From contig CBDFJQ010000002.1 in NCBI GenBank assembly GCA_965248575.1, positions 2,528,001 through 2,592,000 of the forward strand: DNA of 64,000 nucleotides, written 5' to 3'. The notes beneath the pieces were generated by a model. The model was not told where the DNA came from, ran no database searches, and saw only the letters and a program-made list of their open reading frames with translations. The translations under genes were made by a program, and so were the position numbers. Positions 28,769 to 39,089 of the stretch are shown piece by piece (the stretch's first letter is position 1; the number at the start of each line of letters is the position of its first letter). Origin of the DNA: Planctomycetota bacterium (GTDB taxonomy: Bacteria > Planctomycetota > B15-G4).

Positions 28769-30106
28769 TCATCTCCGACCCGCTGCCCACCACCCCAGGA
28801 ACAGCTCACGCCAGGAGCTGCCTTGTTCGGGCAGGCCCTGCTGGGCGCTCAGTTGACTGTCGGTCGCTGAGGACGTGGCGGCAGAGTGAACCAGGAACGC
28901 GGCGCCGGCCATGGCCCCCTGCTCGTCATCGAAAGGTGCCCCGGCAACCAGTTGCCCTCCGGCCAGGTCCAGCTTGATCCCGTACTCGCCGAAGGCCATC
29001 AGCCCTTCGGGGACGACCTTTCCGACGTCACGCCAGGTATCCCCGCCCCACTCGAACATGTAGACGGATCCAGCGAGCGCCGGGCGCGCCAGAGCATTGA
29101 GCGCGCCCACTGCGAGGCGCGAACCGTCCAGGGACACATCGCGACCGAACTCTCCACTCTTCTGGCCGTCATGGGCAACCAACTTTGAGACGAGGGTCCA
29201 CACACCGCCCGACCGGCGATACATATAGACCGCGCCGCTCGAGGTGTCCGTGTCGTCGTCCGAGGGGGTTCCGATCGCGAGCCACTCCCCATCCAACGCG
29301 ACGGACTCACCAAAACCGTCGTAGGGATCGATATCCGGCGAACTGATCTTCTGCTTTTCGACCCACTCGCCCGTCGGCTGACGTCCAAAGATGTACACGG
29401 CGCCTGCTTGCAGCGCGTGCTCGCTGTCGCCGAGTGCCGCGACAACAGCGACGTCCCCTTCGATCTGGACTGAATGCCCGAACAACTGCTCCTCCTCGGG
29501 GTCGGCAGGACGCAGCACGGGCATCTCCACCCAGCTCGTTCCGTCATGGCGGTAGATCCATGCGGCCCCGTCGTGATCGAAACTCGTCGTGAGGTTGGGA
29601 GCACCCACGATCAGTTGGTTCCCACTCACGTCGACATCCCATCCGAAAGATGCTGAATCCACCAGCGCGGCGGGAACGATGCGTTGTTCTTCAATCCACT
29701 TGCCATGCACCCGACGGAAAGCATGGGCCGTGCCCCTGGATTCCACAGGCAGCCCATCCGAGGAGTCGGAGCCCACGATGAGGACGTTCCGATCCGCGGC
29801 CACGCTGCGGCCGAAACGGTCGTTGAGATACGTCTCTGAGGGAGTCAGCTCTGTCTCGAAGACAAGCACGCCCCCCACTCGTCGCCAGACGTAGACCTTG
29901 CCCGAGTTGAAGTCCTCCACGTCCGCGAATTCGGCGCCCACGGCCACGAACTGCCGACCCGACGCTACCGATGAGCCGAACTGATCGAAGGCCTCACCGT
30001 CGGCCACGAGCAGCTTCCCCGTCTGTGCTGAAACTGGAAGGCTGAGCGCTGCGAGCAGCAGCAGAACGACCCGAACTCCAGGACCTCGTGACGACGAGCA
30101 GCGCAT
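28769..30106 (-). CDS. FG-GAP repeat beta-propeller secreted protein
   Basis: About 7 repeats of FG.SVA...VGA...G.VY; signal peptide. Start may be slightly downstream. Confidence 0.85.
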   Translation of the reverse strand: MRCSSSRGPGVRVVLLLLAALSLPVSAQTGKLLVADGEAFDQFGSSVASGRQFVAVGAEFADVEDFNSGKVYVWRRVGGVLVFETELTPSETYLNDRFGRSVAADRNVLIVGSDSSDGLPVESRGTAHAFRRVHGKWIEEQRIVPAALVDSASFGWDVDVSGNQLIVGAPNLTTSFDHDGAAWIYRHDGTSWVEMPVLRPADPEEEQLFGHSVQIEGDVAVVAALGDSEHALQAGAVYIFGRQPTGEWVEKQKISSPDIDPYDGFGESVALDGEWLAIGTPSDDDTDTSSGAVYMYRRSGGVWTLVSKLVAHDGQKSGEFGRDVSLDGSRLAVGALNALARPALAGSVYMFEWGGDTWRDVGKVVPEGLMAFGEYGIKLDLAGGQLVAGAPFDDEQGAMAGAAFLVHSAATSSATDSQLSAQQGLPEQGSSWRELFLGWWAAGRR

Positions 30107-30205
30107 GGCCTTCTCCAGAGGAAGGCCCGAGCATAGGGTGCCGGAGCAGCTTGCCTGCCGTGGACTTTCGAATCTGTCGAGAAAGCGCGCGTGCGAGCCC
30201 CGCTC

Positions 30206-31885
30206 CTACTCGCGGGGCACAAGCGCGATGCGCGAGTTGCAGTAGTCGAACACCAATCGGAACGGCTTCAGCATGCTCGACCCCAGGTTGCCGAGGGCAT
30301 GCGCGCCTGAGAAGACTCCTTCATCAGTTTGACTGAACGTCACCGGGAGCTGCTCGACCCGATTCCCACCCACCTCGAACCACTCGATGTTTCCGGAGCT
30401 CGCTTTCCCCGCACCTCCAACGCCACCTACCTGGCTGGGGCTGACGTCGCGCCCGTCCAACAATCGCAACGACTCCACGGCGGGCGCGTAGAAGCTGACG
30501 GTCCCCGCATCGCCGAGGTCGAGCCTGAAGAGTCCCCGCCGCTCTCCCTCGAAGCGGCACTCGATGCACGGGGTCCCGCCATCCAGGAACAGTCGTGTCC
30601 ACTCACCGGCGTCCAGCTCGAAGTCGCTCGGGTCGTGGACCGAGAGGGTCACCGCCTCGAGATCCAGATCCAGCACGGCCCGCGCAAAAATCTCATAGCC
30701 GCAGATGCCTGCGACCTCGACCCCGAAGATCGGCGCCAGGAAGGAGAGATCGAGTTCGACATAGATCGGGTCATCCAGGCGCATCGGCCCCAACTGCAAG
30801 GAGGAGCCCTGGCGGAAGCTGGCCTCGACCGCGCCGGCAACGCCCACTGCTGGGAGCGAACCGAAGCCCTCCAACTCCAGCTCGTCCGCAACGCCGGGGT
30901 CGATGCAGATCTGTCCGGCTCCTGAGTCCAGGATGAACCAACCCACGTCGCGACCATCCACCAACGGGTGGACCAGCAGATGCCCGCTGATGACCTTCTT
31001 GACCTCGACGATGGGCGAAACCCCTGGGTCGAACTGGACATCGCTAGCCGGGGCCCTGTCCATCACGTATCGAGGCCCCGGATCTGCAGCGGCGACCTCA
31101 GCCTCGAGCACGTACAGCGCTGTGTCCACGCCGTGCGCGTGGCTGTGGACGGCGCGGGCAATGGGAACACCCGCGAGCGGTTTGTAGAGCTTGAACTCCG
31201 TGATGATCTCCGACCCCAGCGACGGCGAGCGCAGCTCTCGTGGCAACCACGTCTCGCGATCCAGCTCGAGCAGGGACACAGCCGCCGAGTTGGGAAAGGA
31301 AAGCCGCAGCGTCACGCCGTGATCGGTCTCGGCCTCCCACTCGATGACCAGGGGACAGCCCGGTTCGAGCCAGTAACCGGAGTGGATCCACTGGGCCAGG
31401 TGCCAGGTCTCACGATCTCCGAGCTCCAGCAGCTGCACAGGCCCCGAGCGCGTGCGCTGAGCCAGGTCCTGACCATCGAAGGTCAAGCTGAGGGCCAGGC
31501 GTCCATCCATCGCAAACCGATAGCGACCGTCCGCGGCGAAGAAGAGCTCGAAGTCTGCGTCCACGCCGCCGGCGTCCGTGCTGCCGGAGAAAGAGAGGCC
31601 GTCGGGCAGCGCACTCCAGGCGTCGCGGTTGGCGGCGACCCGTGCCGACGCGAGCACCGTCTCCACGTCGAGCGCAGCCCGCGGCGCTCGCAGCGCAGCC
31701 TGGGTGACGGCCGATTCAGCGACGTGCAGAGTCGCCGGCGCTGGGGCAGGTCTTGGCAGTAGAGCCGGTGCCAGTGCCCTGTTCGGCACCAGGTGCGGCA
31801 GCGGCATCGCCACCGGAAGCACCAGCCCGATGATCAGGACCAGGCGGATCGGTGGGGTCCCCAGTCGTTCAGTGGCCTTCTTCAT
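30206..31885 (-). CDS. Retropepsin-like aspartyl protease domain protein
   Basis: FILDSGAG and FRLDLGDAG motifs with GICG/GNLG; N-terminal LolA-like region. Confidence 0.75.
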   Translation of the reverse strand: MKKATERLGTPPIRLVLIIGLVLPVAMPLPHLVPNRALAPALLPRPAPAPATLHVAESAVTQAALRAPRAALDVETVLASARVAANRDAWSALPDGLSFSGSTDAGGVDADFELFFAADGRYRFAMDGRLALSLTFDGQDLAQRTRSGPVQLLELGDRETWHLAQWIHSGYWLEPGCPLVIEWEAETDHGVTLRLSFPNSAAVSLLELDRETWLPRELRSPSLGSEIITEFKLYKPLAGVPIARAVHSHAHGVDTALYVLEAEVAAADPGPRYVMDRAPASDVQFDPGVSPIVEVKKVISGHLLVHPLVDGRDVGWFILDSGAGQICIDPGVADELELEGFGSLPAVGVAGAVEASFRQGSSLQLGPMRLDDPIYVELDLSFLAPIFGVEVAGICGYEIFARAVLDLDLEAVTLSVHDPSDFELDAGEWTRLFLDGGTPCIECRFEGERRGLFRLDLGDAGTVSFYAPAVESLRLLDGRDVSPSQVGGVGGAGKASSGNIEWFEVGGNRVEQLPVTFSQTDEGVFSGAHALGNLGSSMLKPFRLVFDYCNSRIALVPRE

Positions 31886-32481
31886 CGCAGGTTCCGTTCC
31901 TCGAGGTGTGTCATCATCAGGGTGACGGCGTGCAGCTCACCCTCCGTGTTCTCGGCGCGCTTGTAGAGCAGGTCGTTCAGGGCGTCGAGATGCTGGTTCA
32001 ACTCCTTCAACTGCGCGGCATCCAGCCGCACCTTGCTGCGCCGGATCATCAGGTTTCGCTGCGAGCCCTCGGGACGCACGCGGTCTGACTCGAGCGCCTT
32101 GCCGTAGTCCCGGCCAGCCAGGCGAAGCACCGCCGCACCGCCCTCGGCCCAAGCCTTGCGGCTCGTGCGCGACGTCGGATCCAGCTCCACGTCCAGCATG
32201 CGGGCCACCACCGAGTAGACGGAGCCCTTCGGCCCAGGTCCCGCACGCTGCGGGCTCTGTCCCACCCGCTCCTCGATCACACCGATCTTCAGCAACTTCC
32301 GGACGTGGTAGTAGAGCGAGTCCGCGGGACGCCCCAAGCGCAACGCCAGATCCGCAATGGACGAGGGCCCCGCCAACTGGAGGCTCTCGTAGATTTCGAG
32401 CCGCGCAGGTTTGACCAGCTCGGACATCGCCTTGGGGCCGAGCTTCAGTCGCTTTTGGATGCTGCGTTTTGCTTGCTGCAT
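31882..32481 (-). CDS. ArsR-like winged helix-turn-helix regulator
   Basis: PARLEIYESL, SIADLALRLG, SLYYHVRKL; ATGA overlap with the protease gene. Confidence 0.82.
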   Translation of the reverse strand: MQQAKRSIQKRLKLGPKAMSELVKPARLEIYESLQLAGPSSIADLALRLGRPADSLYYHVRKLLKIGVIEERVGQSPQRAGPGPKGSVYSVVARMLDVELDPTSRTSRKAWAEGGAAVLRLAGRDYGKALESDRVRPEGSQRNLMIRRSKVRLDAAQLKELNQHLDALNDLLYKRAENTEGELHAVTLMMTHLEERNLR

Positions 32482-32482
32482 T

Positions 32483-32508
32483 TTTGAATCCTAGTATATT
32501 TTTTCAAA
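32483..32508 (-). promoter_or_regulatory. Putative operator and -10 box of the HTH-protease operon
   Basis: TTTGAA-N14-TTCAAA inverted repeat enclosing minus-strand TATACT (32493-32498), about 12 bp from the ATG. Confidence 0.55.
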
Positions 32509-32664
32509 GTTAGCAGGGGCGCAATCGTGACCCTCCTGCGGCGGGGCACGCAACGTCCGGCTCGAAGCAGCGCCTCAAGAAGACCTGATGTGAGGCGATC
32601 TGCGGGGTAGACTCCTCTCGCCTTGCAGAGAAGCGCCTCGGCCGTGTTGAGCCCCCAGAACCCC

Positions 32665-33789
32665 ATGACCTCACCCAGCCCCTCCGCAGCCGATCTCGCA
32701 CCCATCGTTTCGGACCTCGAACTCGAGGGTGAGGCGCTGGACATCGTGGCCTTGGCCTCCGCGGCCCCGGGCCGACTGGCGGATCAAGCCGTAGAACTGG
32801 GCGCCGCGTGTGGAGAACGCCCTCTGCTGGCGCTCGTGCCCGGCGAACCCAACGAACGGGAGCTCGCCGCCTTGCGCGACGCCCTCTGGCCCCAGGGCCA
32901 CCTCTTGGCCTACTACCGCATCAGCAGCGACGGCCAGGTCACGCGCACGGCACTCAAGGGGCAGCACCCGTTGGGCGAGCGCATCCAAGCTGACGGCCCC
33001 CAGACCGTCCTGTTTGTCCGCGCGCTCAGCCACGCCCTGGGTCAGGCCACCACCCGCGCCAAGTTCGACGCCAACGCCGAGGGCTGGAACGGCGTGCCCG
33101 GCTCACCGACCTACAAGCATTACCGTTGGATGCGCAAGCTGCTCGCCGATGTGGCCTCGCCGCTTGCCGGCCAGCGTGTACTCGACGCTGGCTGCGGCGC
33201 AGGTTGGGTAGGCATCGAAGCCGCGCTGCACGGCGGCCAGGCCTCCGCCTTCGACCCCAGCCCCGCCATGGTGGAGATCGCCAAGCGCAACGCCACGCAG
33301 AACGGGGTCGAGCTCGACGCCCGGGTGGGCTTCGTGGAGGACGTGCCCTTCAAACAACCCTTCCAGACCGTGCTCAACAGCGGCGTGATCAGTTTCGCAC
33401 CGGATGCGAACGTCTTCCTCGACCGACTGGACGCCCTGCTCGAACCGGGCGGCCTGCTGGTCATCGGCGACCTCAACCCGCTGTCCAGGGGTTTCGCCCG
33501 GCGTCGGCGCCGCCCGCTGCTGCCCGCGCGGGAACTCAACGGCCTGCCCCGCGACCGTGTCGAAAGCATGCTGAAGGAGCGCGGCTACACCGTGGAAGGC
33601 CACTGGTACTACCAGATCACCTTCCCCTGGCCCGAGTTCATGGCCCTGTCCGAGAAGAAGCTCGGCGGGCTGGGCTGCGGGCTCGCGCTGCTCAAGAACA
33701 AGATCGGAACGAGCATGGACCACAGCCTGGGCTCGAGGATGGCCCGGCAGTTCGACAGCTGGATCATCCGCGCCCGGAAGCGCGGCTAG
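32665..33789 (+). CDS. Class I SAM-dependent methyltransferase with N-terminal extension
   Basis: VLDAGCGAG, FDPSPAMV, LEPGGLLVI. Confidence 0.85.
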   Translation: MTSPSPSAADLAPIVSDLELEGEALDIVALASAAPGRLADQAVELGAACGERPLLALVPGEPNERELAALRDALWPQGHLLAYYRISSDGQVTRTALKGQHPLGERIQADGPQTVLFVRALSHALGQATTRAKFDANAEGWNGVPGSPTYKHYRWMRKLLADVASPLAGQRVLDAGCGAGWVGIEAALHGGQASAFDPSPAMVEIAKRNATQNGVELDARVGFVEDVPFKQPFQTVLNSGVISFAPDANVFLDRLDALLEPGGLLVIGDLNPLSRGFARRRRRPLLPARELNGLPRDRVESMLKERGYTVEGHWYYQITFPWPEFMALSEKKLGGLGCGLALLKNKIGTSMDHSLGSRMARQFDSWIIRARKRG

Positions 33790-33800
33790 GGCGGAAGACC

Positions 33801-34271
33801 CTACTCCAGCTCTTCCTGCCCGATGAGTTCGAGGTCCTTCTCGGTCAGGGCCCGGGCGGCCGCCTCGAGGTCCTCCACGTGCACCGCGAGCACCGGCGTG
33901 TTGGTGGTGGCGGTGATCAGCGAGTAGACGTAGTGCACGTTGAGCTCCGCGAGCAGCAGGGCCGAGAGCACCTGGCGGATGCCATCGCTGGTCATGCTGC
34001 TCGAGGGCAGGGCAACTCCCAGGATGTCCGACTCGAAGACGCTGTAGCCCTCGGAACGAAGGGTCTCCATCGCCAGGCCGGGCCGGTCCACCAACAGCCG
34101 GAAGACGGCGTGGTCCGCGGCCTCCACGATGCTGATGGAGCGGATGCTCAGGGCGTAGGCATCCAGGCAGCGCGTCACCTTCAGCAAGGCGCCCAGCCGG
34201 TTGGCCACGAAGACCGAGAGCTGCTTGATGACCGGCGGGCCGCCGGAGCTGTCGTCGATGAGGTCATCCAT
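33801..34271 (-). CDS. Tandem ACT domain protein
   Basis: IKQLSVFVANRLGAL, LNVHYVYS; start ATG 34271. Confidence 0.85.
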   Translation of the reverse strand: MDDLIDDSSGGPPVIKQLSVFVANRLGALLKVTRCLDAYALSIRSISIVEAADHAVFRLLVDRPGLAMETLRSEGYSVFESDILGVALPSSSMTSDGIRQVLSALLLAELNVHYVYSLITATTNTPVLAVHVEDLEAAARALTEKDLELIGQEELE

Positions 34272-34522
34272 GAGCGGGATCCTAGCGCCGGAGGTCGGCA
34301 GGCGGGTACGGAAAGCTCCCTCCTCGGCAACTGGGCTGGATGGCTTGACCTTGGGTTCCCCGAGGCAGCCGGCCCCGATTGACGCTCGCCGGATGGCCGC
34401 CCTTGTCTTGCCCCCCCCTCCACCCCGGGTGATAGGATCCCCGACCTTTTGCCCCAACCTCCAACGGGGCTGTTTCCCGACAGGCGCCGAGGCGCCCTAT
34501 GCTCCCTCGGAAGGACTCTCCC

Positions 34523-35662
34523 ATGGCAGATCAAAAGACAGTTGTTGTGCTCGGCTCCGGCAAGGTCGGCCGGCTCGTGACGTGGTTCCTGGCCGATTGC
34601 GGCGACTACAAGGTCGTGGCCGTGGACCAGGTGGAAGCCGCCGCGAAGGCCGCCATCAACGGCGCCGACGGTTCCCCCATGGCCGGTGCCTCCTTTGTCG
34701 TGGCCAACATCGGCGACGAGCAAGCCGTGGCTGGTGTGTTCAAGGACCACAGCGCCGACTACGTCCTCAGCTGCGCCCCCTTCCACTGCAACCCGACCAT
34801 CGCCCGGGCCGCCCTCGCCACCGAAACGCACTACCTCGACCTCACCGAAGACGTGGCCGTCACCAAACAGGTGGCCGAGTTGTCCGCGGGCGCCAAGACC
34901 GCCTTCATCCCCCAGTGCGGCCTGGCCCCGGGCTTCATCAGCATCGTGGCGAACGACCTCTCCAAGCGCTTCGACAACCTGGACGCGCTGAAGATGCGCG
35001 TCGGCGCCCTGCCGATTCAGCCCCACAACCGCCTCAACTACAACCTCACCTGGAGCACCGAGGGACTCATCAACGAGTACCGTCACCCCTGCGAGGCCGT
35101 GGTGGGTGGAAAGCTCGTGAGCCTACCGCCGCTCGAGGATTGCGAAGCCATCACCATCGACGGCCTGGCCTACGAGGCCTTCAACACCTCCGGCGGCCTG
35201 GGCAGCCTGGCGGAGACCCTGGCCGGCAAGGTGAACAAGCTGGACTACAAGTCCATCCGCTACCCCGGGCACCGGGACATCCTGAAAATCCTGATGGATG
35301 ACCTGAAGCTGCACGATGACCCGGACACCATGAAGATGATCTTCGAGCGCGCCCTGCCCTACACCCACGAGGACGTGGTGCTGGTGGTGGTGACGGCGAC
35401 GGGCCAGCAGGACGGCCGCTTCTTCCAGGAGAGCTACGTCAACAAGATCTACAACGCCGAGCTGGCTGGTCAGCGCTGGAGCGGCATCCAGATCACCACC
35501 GCCTCGGGCCTGTGCGCCGTGCTGGACCTGCACGCGGCCGGCAAGTTGCCCGCCACGGGTTTCGTGCGCCAAGAAGAGGTGGTCTTCGCCGACTTCCTGG
35601 CGAACCGCTTCGGCAAGCACTACGCCATGGGAGCGTCCACGCCCCCAACCGTGGTGGGCTAA
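34523..35662 (+). CDS. Saccharopine dehydrogenase family protein (L-lysine 6-dehydrogenase-like)
   Basis: GSGKVG Rossmann fold, HYLDLTED, PQCGLAPG, YNLTWSTEGLINEY, EAFNTSGG, IRYPGH. Confidence 0.88.
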   Translation: MADQKTVVVLGSGKVGRLVTWFLADCGDYKVVAVDQVEAAAKAAINGADGSPMAGASFVVANIGDEQAVAGVFKDHSADYVLSCAPFHCNPTIARAALATETHYLDLTEDVAVTKQVAELSAGAKTAFIPQCGLAPGFISIVANDLSKRFDNLDALKMRVGALPIQPHNRLNYNLTWSTEGLINEYRHPCEAVVGGKLVSLPPLEDCEAITIDGLAYEAFNTSGGLGSLAETLAGKVNKLDYKSIRYPGHRDILKILMDDLKLHDDPDTMKMIFERALPYTHEDVVLVVVTATGQQDGRFFQESYVNKIYNAELAGQRWSGIQITTASGLCAVLDLHAAGKLPATGFVRQEEVVFADFLANRFGKHYAMGASTPPTVVG

Positions 35663-35735
35663 GCGGCCAACCAGCAGCAGCCCCCTCTCCCGGCGCCAAA
35701 AGGCGGCTGTCGGACGCGGACAGACAGTGCCCTGT

Positions 35736-35758
35736 AGAGCCCCGCTTGTCGGGGCTCT
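35736..35758 (+). terminator. Stem-loop downstream of the dehydrogenase gene
   Basis: agagccccg-cttgt-cggggctct; weak U-tail. Confidence 0.45.
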
Positions 35759-35820
35759 GCTCGTTCACGGCTGTCCTAAAAGAGCCGTTTGAGTGCCGGA
35801 ATCAGCCAGCACCCAACAAA

Positions 35821-35858
35821 TGCAAAGATCTTCATAGGTTGATATCAAGATTTTTGCA
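35821..35858. promoter_or_regulatory. AT-rich inverted repeat, putative regulator site
   Basis: TGCAAAGATCTT-N14-AAGATTTTTGCA (11/12 match) with an overlapping TTGATATCAA palindrome. Confidence 0.5.
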
Positions 35859-35900
35859 CGGGTTCTCGATGGGGTGGTTCCACACCTTGGAAACACCACC

Positions 35901-36077
35901 ATGAGTTCCTCACCCATCAAGCGCATTGCGGCGCTTCCCCTGACCCTGGCCGTGGCCGGCATCGCGCTCATCGCCTTGGCTGCCCTGCCCCCCGCAGACT
36001 CGGAGTTGCCCAGCGCTCAGGCGGCAACGGCTGACAGCCCGGTGACGGCGCAGGCAAACCAGCTCGACGAGGATTAG
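35901..36077 (+). CDS. Small exported or membrane-anchored peptide (58 aa)
   Basis: KR followed by a hydrophobic stretch, then a short acidic tail; sits in an otherwise empty gap. Confidence 0.55.
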   Translation: MSSSPIKRIAALPLTLAVAGIALIALAALPPADSELPSAQAATADSPVTAQANQLDED

Positions 36078-36263
36078 TTTCGGAGCTGGGGGAACGCGGA
36101 TTTGCCCTTTGGGGCAGGTTCCAGGCCGTTCCCGAGCGGAGCGCCCAGCACGTTCACCAGAGCAACTGCTCCTGCATCTGAAATGGCATCCAGCGCCGGT
36201 TGCCCCGAAGCCGAAGAAGTGCAGCCCTCGGCTTCCCCTCAGAAGCACCTCAGGAGCACCACA

Positions 36264-37598
36264 ATGGGAGAGACCCAGCTTCTCTCTGTGAGCGATGACA
36301 AGGCGACCCAGGCGCTGATTCAGCGTTTGTGCCGCAAGCGTGGTTTCCAACTTCTGCACGCGGAAACCTCGGACACCCTGCAGACCCAGGTGGCCACGGG
36401 AACCGTGGATCTGGTGGTGCTGGACCTGGACACCCACGGCATCGACGGCATGCGCATGTTGCACGCCCTCGCCGCCACCAACCTGCAGGTCCCGGTCGTG
36501 CTCGTCAGCCACTGCGACGACCGCACCCTCGACGCCGCCCAAAGCGTCGGCAAGCAGCGCGGCCTGAGCATGGGCAAGCCCCTTGTAAAGCCCCTGGGCG
36601 AGAGCAGCTCCGCCCGCTCCATCCTCGGCGCTCTAGGTATCCAGGACCCCACCATCACCGGGGCCAACATCCGCCAGGCGCTCGATGACAACGAACTGGT
36701 CCTGCACTACCAACCGCTCGTCGACCTCAAGACGGGAACCGTGCGCAGCGTGGAAGCCCTGCTGCGTTGGGAGCACCCCGAGTACGGCCACCTCAACCCC
36801 GAGCTCGTCGTCTCGCTGGCCGAGACGCACGACCTGATCGCGCCCCTGACGGACTGGGTGATGCGCACCGCCCTGACGGAGTGCCTCGAGTGGCGCAAGC
36901 AGGGCTGGGACTTCCGCGTCGCCGTCAACGTCACACCGCCGCTCCTGCTCCAGTCCGATTTCGCCGACCGGGTCGTGAGCCTGCTCGAAGAGCTCAAGGT
37001 CCCCGCCGAGTGCCTGGTGATCGAGATCACGGAAGGCCAGGCCATCGCCGAACAGCTTGAGGTGCTCGAGACCCTGGCGCGCTTGCGTCTGGCACGGGTG
37101 CGCCTGGCCATCGATGACTTCGGCACCGGCTACAGCTCCCTCGGCCGCCTGCACTCCCTGCCGTTCACGGAGTTGAAGATCGACAAGTCCTTCGTGATCG
37201 ACACCGCGGGAGATCCGCGGGCCGAGATGGTCGTGCGCGCCATCGCCGACCTGGGACGGAACCTCGGGCTCACGGTGGTCGCCGAAGGCGTCGCCAATCG
37301 GGAAGCCTGGGACCTCGTGGAATCCATGGGCTGCGACATCGCCCAGGGCTACTTCATCAGCCGCCCCCTGCCAGCCGCAAAGTTGACCAAGTGGCTCTAC
37401 CGGTGGGATGCACCGACGACCGTGACCGCCCGGATCCCCGGCCAGGGTGGCAAGGGTGAGAACATCCGGCCCGCCGGCCGCTCGAAGAGCCGCACTGGGA
37501 AGAAGCGGGGGGCTTCCAAGACCTCCCCGCGCACCAAGAACCGCAAGGACACTGCTCCGAGCGGTGCCGAACGCCCCAGCACGCGCAAGCGTCGCTGA
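36264..37598 (+). CDS. Response regulator receiver + EAL c-di-GMP phosphodiesterase
   Basis: REC (SDD, LDL, KP); EAL motifs YQP, EALLRW, EITE, DDFGTGYSS, KIDKSF, AEGV, QGY; K/R-rich tail. Confidence 0.9.
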   Translation: MGETQLLSVSDDKATQALIQRLCRKRGFQLLHAETSDTLQTQVATGTVDLVVLDLDTHGIDGMRMLHALAATNLQVPVVLVSHCDDRTLDAAQSVGKQRGLSMGKPLVKPLGESSSARSILGALGIQDPTITGANIRQALDDNELVLHYQPLVDLKTGTVRSVEALLRWEHPEYGHLNPELVVSLAETHDLIAPLTDWVMRTALTECLEWRKQGWDFRVAVNVTPPLLLQSDFADRVVSLLEELKVPAECLVIEITEGQAIAEQLEVLETLARLRLARVRLAIDDFGTGYSSLGRLHSLPFTELKIDKSFVIDTAGDPRAEMVVRAIADLGRNLGLTVVAEGVANREAWDLVESMGCDIAQGYFISRPLPAAKLTKWLYRWDAPTTVTARIPGQGGKGENIRPAGRSKSRTGKKRGASKTSPRTKNRKDTAPSGAERPSTRKRR

Positions 37599-37822
37599 GC
37601 GCTCTCGGGAGTCCTCGGGCGTCCTCGGGCGTCCAAAGACGCGTCTGAGGCCTCTGTTCAGGGTTTCGCAGGGGAAGGCGGCCCCCGGCTCCCTCGTCTG
37701 AGCGGGGTGCCCGTCTCAGCTCCACGTCGGCAGCTCCCCGCCGCTTGAGGGGCTTGGGAGCGCTGCTTCAGAATTGCGCTTCAGCGTTCGAGGCTCGGGT
37801 CGCGTACCCCTCCCAGCGAACC

Positions 37823-38413
37823 ATGAACGAGCCCAAACCCGACAACGCCGTCACGCCGGAACTGCTCAGCGCCGTCCTGATGGGCACGCCAGAGGCTCTC
37901 GACACCTGGTATCGCGCCGACCACCCCACGGTCTATCGCCTCTGCTTCGGCCTGCTGGCCGAGCCCGCCGAGGCCGAGGACGCTGCCCAGGACGCCATGC
38001 TTCATCTGCACGACAAACTCCAGCACTTCGACACCAGCCGGGCCTATGGCCCGTGGCGCAACACGGTGGTGCTGAACCTGTGTCGGGACCGACTCCGGCG
38101 TCAGGCCACACGCCGGGCAGCAGAGAGCAGTGAGCCCTTGCCTGCACGCTTGCCGCGCCCCGAAGAGGTCGCACACAGTCGCGAGCTGGCCGAGATGCTG
38201 CGCACCGCGCTCGCCGCCCTTACTCCCCGGGAACGCGAGGCCTTCGTGTTGCGCGACCTCTCCGGTAACAGCACGGCCGAGACTGCCAAGACCTTGGGTG
38301 TCACGGAAGCCACCGTGCGTTCGCTGCTGACCTTGGCGCGGCGCCGCCTGCGCAAGCTGCTCGGCCCGCGCTTGCCGGAGTTCTCCGGTACTCCATCCGG
38401 AGCCGTGTCATGA
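37823..38413 (+). CDS. ECF sigma-70 factor
   Basis: AEDAAQD, NLCRDRLRR, REAFVLR, TAKTLGVTEATVRS. Confidence 0.9.
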   Translation: MNEPKPDNAVTPELLSAVLMGTPEALDTWYRADHPTVYRLCFGLLAEPAEAEDAAQDAMLHLHDKLQHFDTSRAYGPWRNTVVLNLCRDRLRRQATRRAAESSEPLPARLPRPEEVAHSRELAEMLRTALAALTPREREAFVLRDLSGNSTAETAKTLGVTEATVRSLLTLARRRLRKLLGPRLPEFSGTPSGAVS

Positions 38414-39045
38414 ATGCTCCCCATGATCACGACGGTCACGATGATCACGACCCGAACGCCCGCCCGCACACCGACGGCGACAGCGGGCCGGACGAAACCC
38501 TGGCCGCACTCCAGGCAGCCTTCCACGCGCTGACCACACCCGATCCGACGCCGGCCTTGTCCAACAGCGACGCCACGACCCAGGCGGTCGTGAATTGGAT
38601 GTGCGCCGCCATGGATCACGTCGCCTTGCCGCCGCGCCCCGTTCGCAGGCCCTCGACCTCGACGGATGCCGAGTCGGCGGAAGAACCCGCGAGCGTCTAC
38701 CGCTTGCCCCGCTGGCAACGGCCGGAGCTGCGGCGCTCGTTGGCGACGGCAGCCACCTTCGCGGCCTTTGCCCTCGCGCTGTGGTGGGCCCGCGTTGACA
38801 GCTTCACGCAGGACGCCGGCAGCGAGTTCGTCGCCTTGCAGTCCGGCGGAAGCGTGGCAGATCGCCCTCAGCCCGTGCTCGACGCGCCCGGACACAGCAC
38901 AGCTTCCAGCCTGGAAATCCCGGGCTTTCGTGCAGCCGCGGAAGGTTCGTCCGGCCTGGTTGCTTCCACCAACGATCACCTCGAGGTGAGCTCGGGCCCT
39001 GTTCGGCTGGTGCTGCTCACGTCCAGTTCAGGATTCGCGCCATGA
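38410..39045 (+). CDS. Putative membrane anti-sigma factor
   Basis: ATGA overlap with the ECF gene, single TM, His/Asp-rich N-terminus. Confidence 0.6.
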   Translation: MNAPHDHDGHDDHDPNARPHTDGDSGPDETLAALQAAFHALTTPDPTPALSNSDATTQAVVNWMCAAMDHVALPPRPVRRPSTSTDAESAEEPASVYRLPRWQRPELRRSLATAATFAAFALALWWARVDSFTQDAGSEFVALQSGGSVADRPQPVLDAPGHSTASSLEIPGFRAAAEGSSGLVASTNDHLEVSSGPVRLVLLTSSSGFAP

Positions 39046-39089
39046 ACGCCTTCCCTTCATCCGATATCTGCCCGACCAAGGAGACTCAC

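Noticed and set aside
35839..35848. FNR box
   Set aside because: TTGATATCAA lacks the 4-bp spacer of TTGAT-N4-ATCAA
37611..37634. 10-bp tandem repeat gtcctcgggc (about 2.4 copies)
   Set aside because: Short, GC-rich and intergenic; likely slippage with no evidence of function
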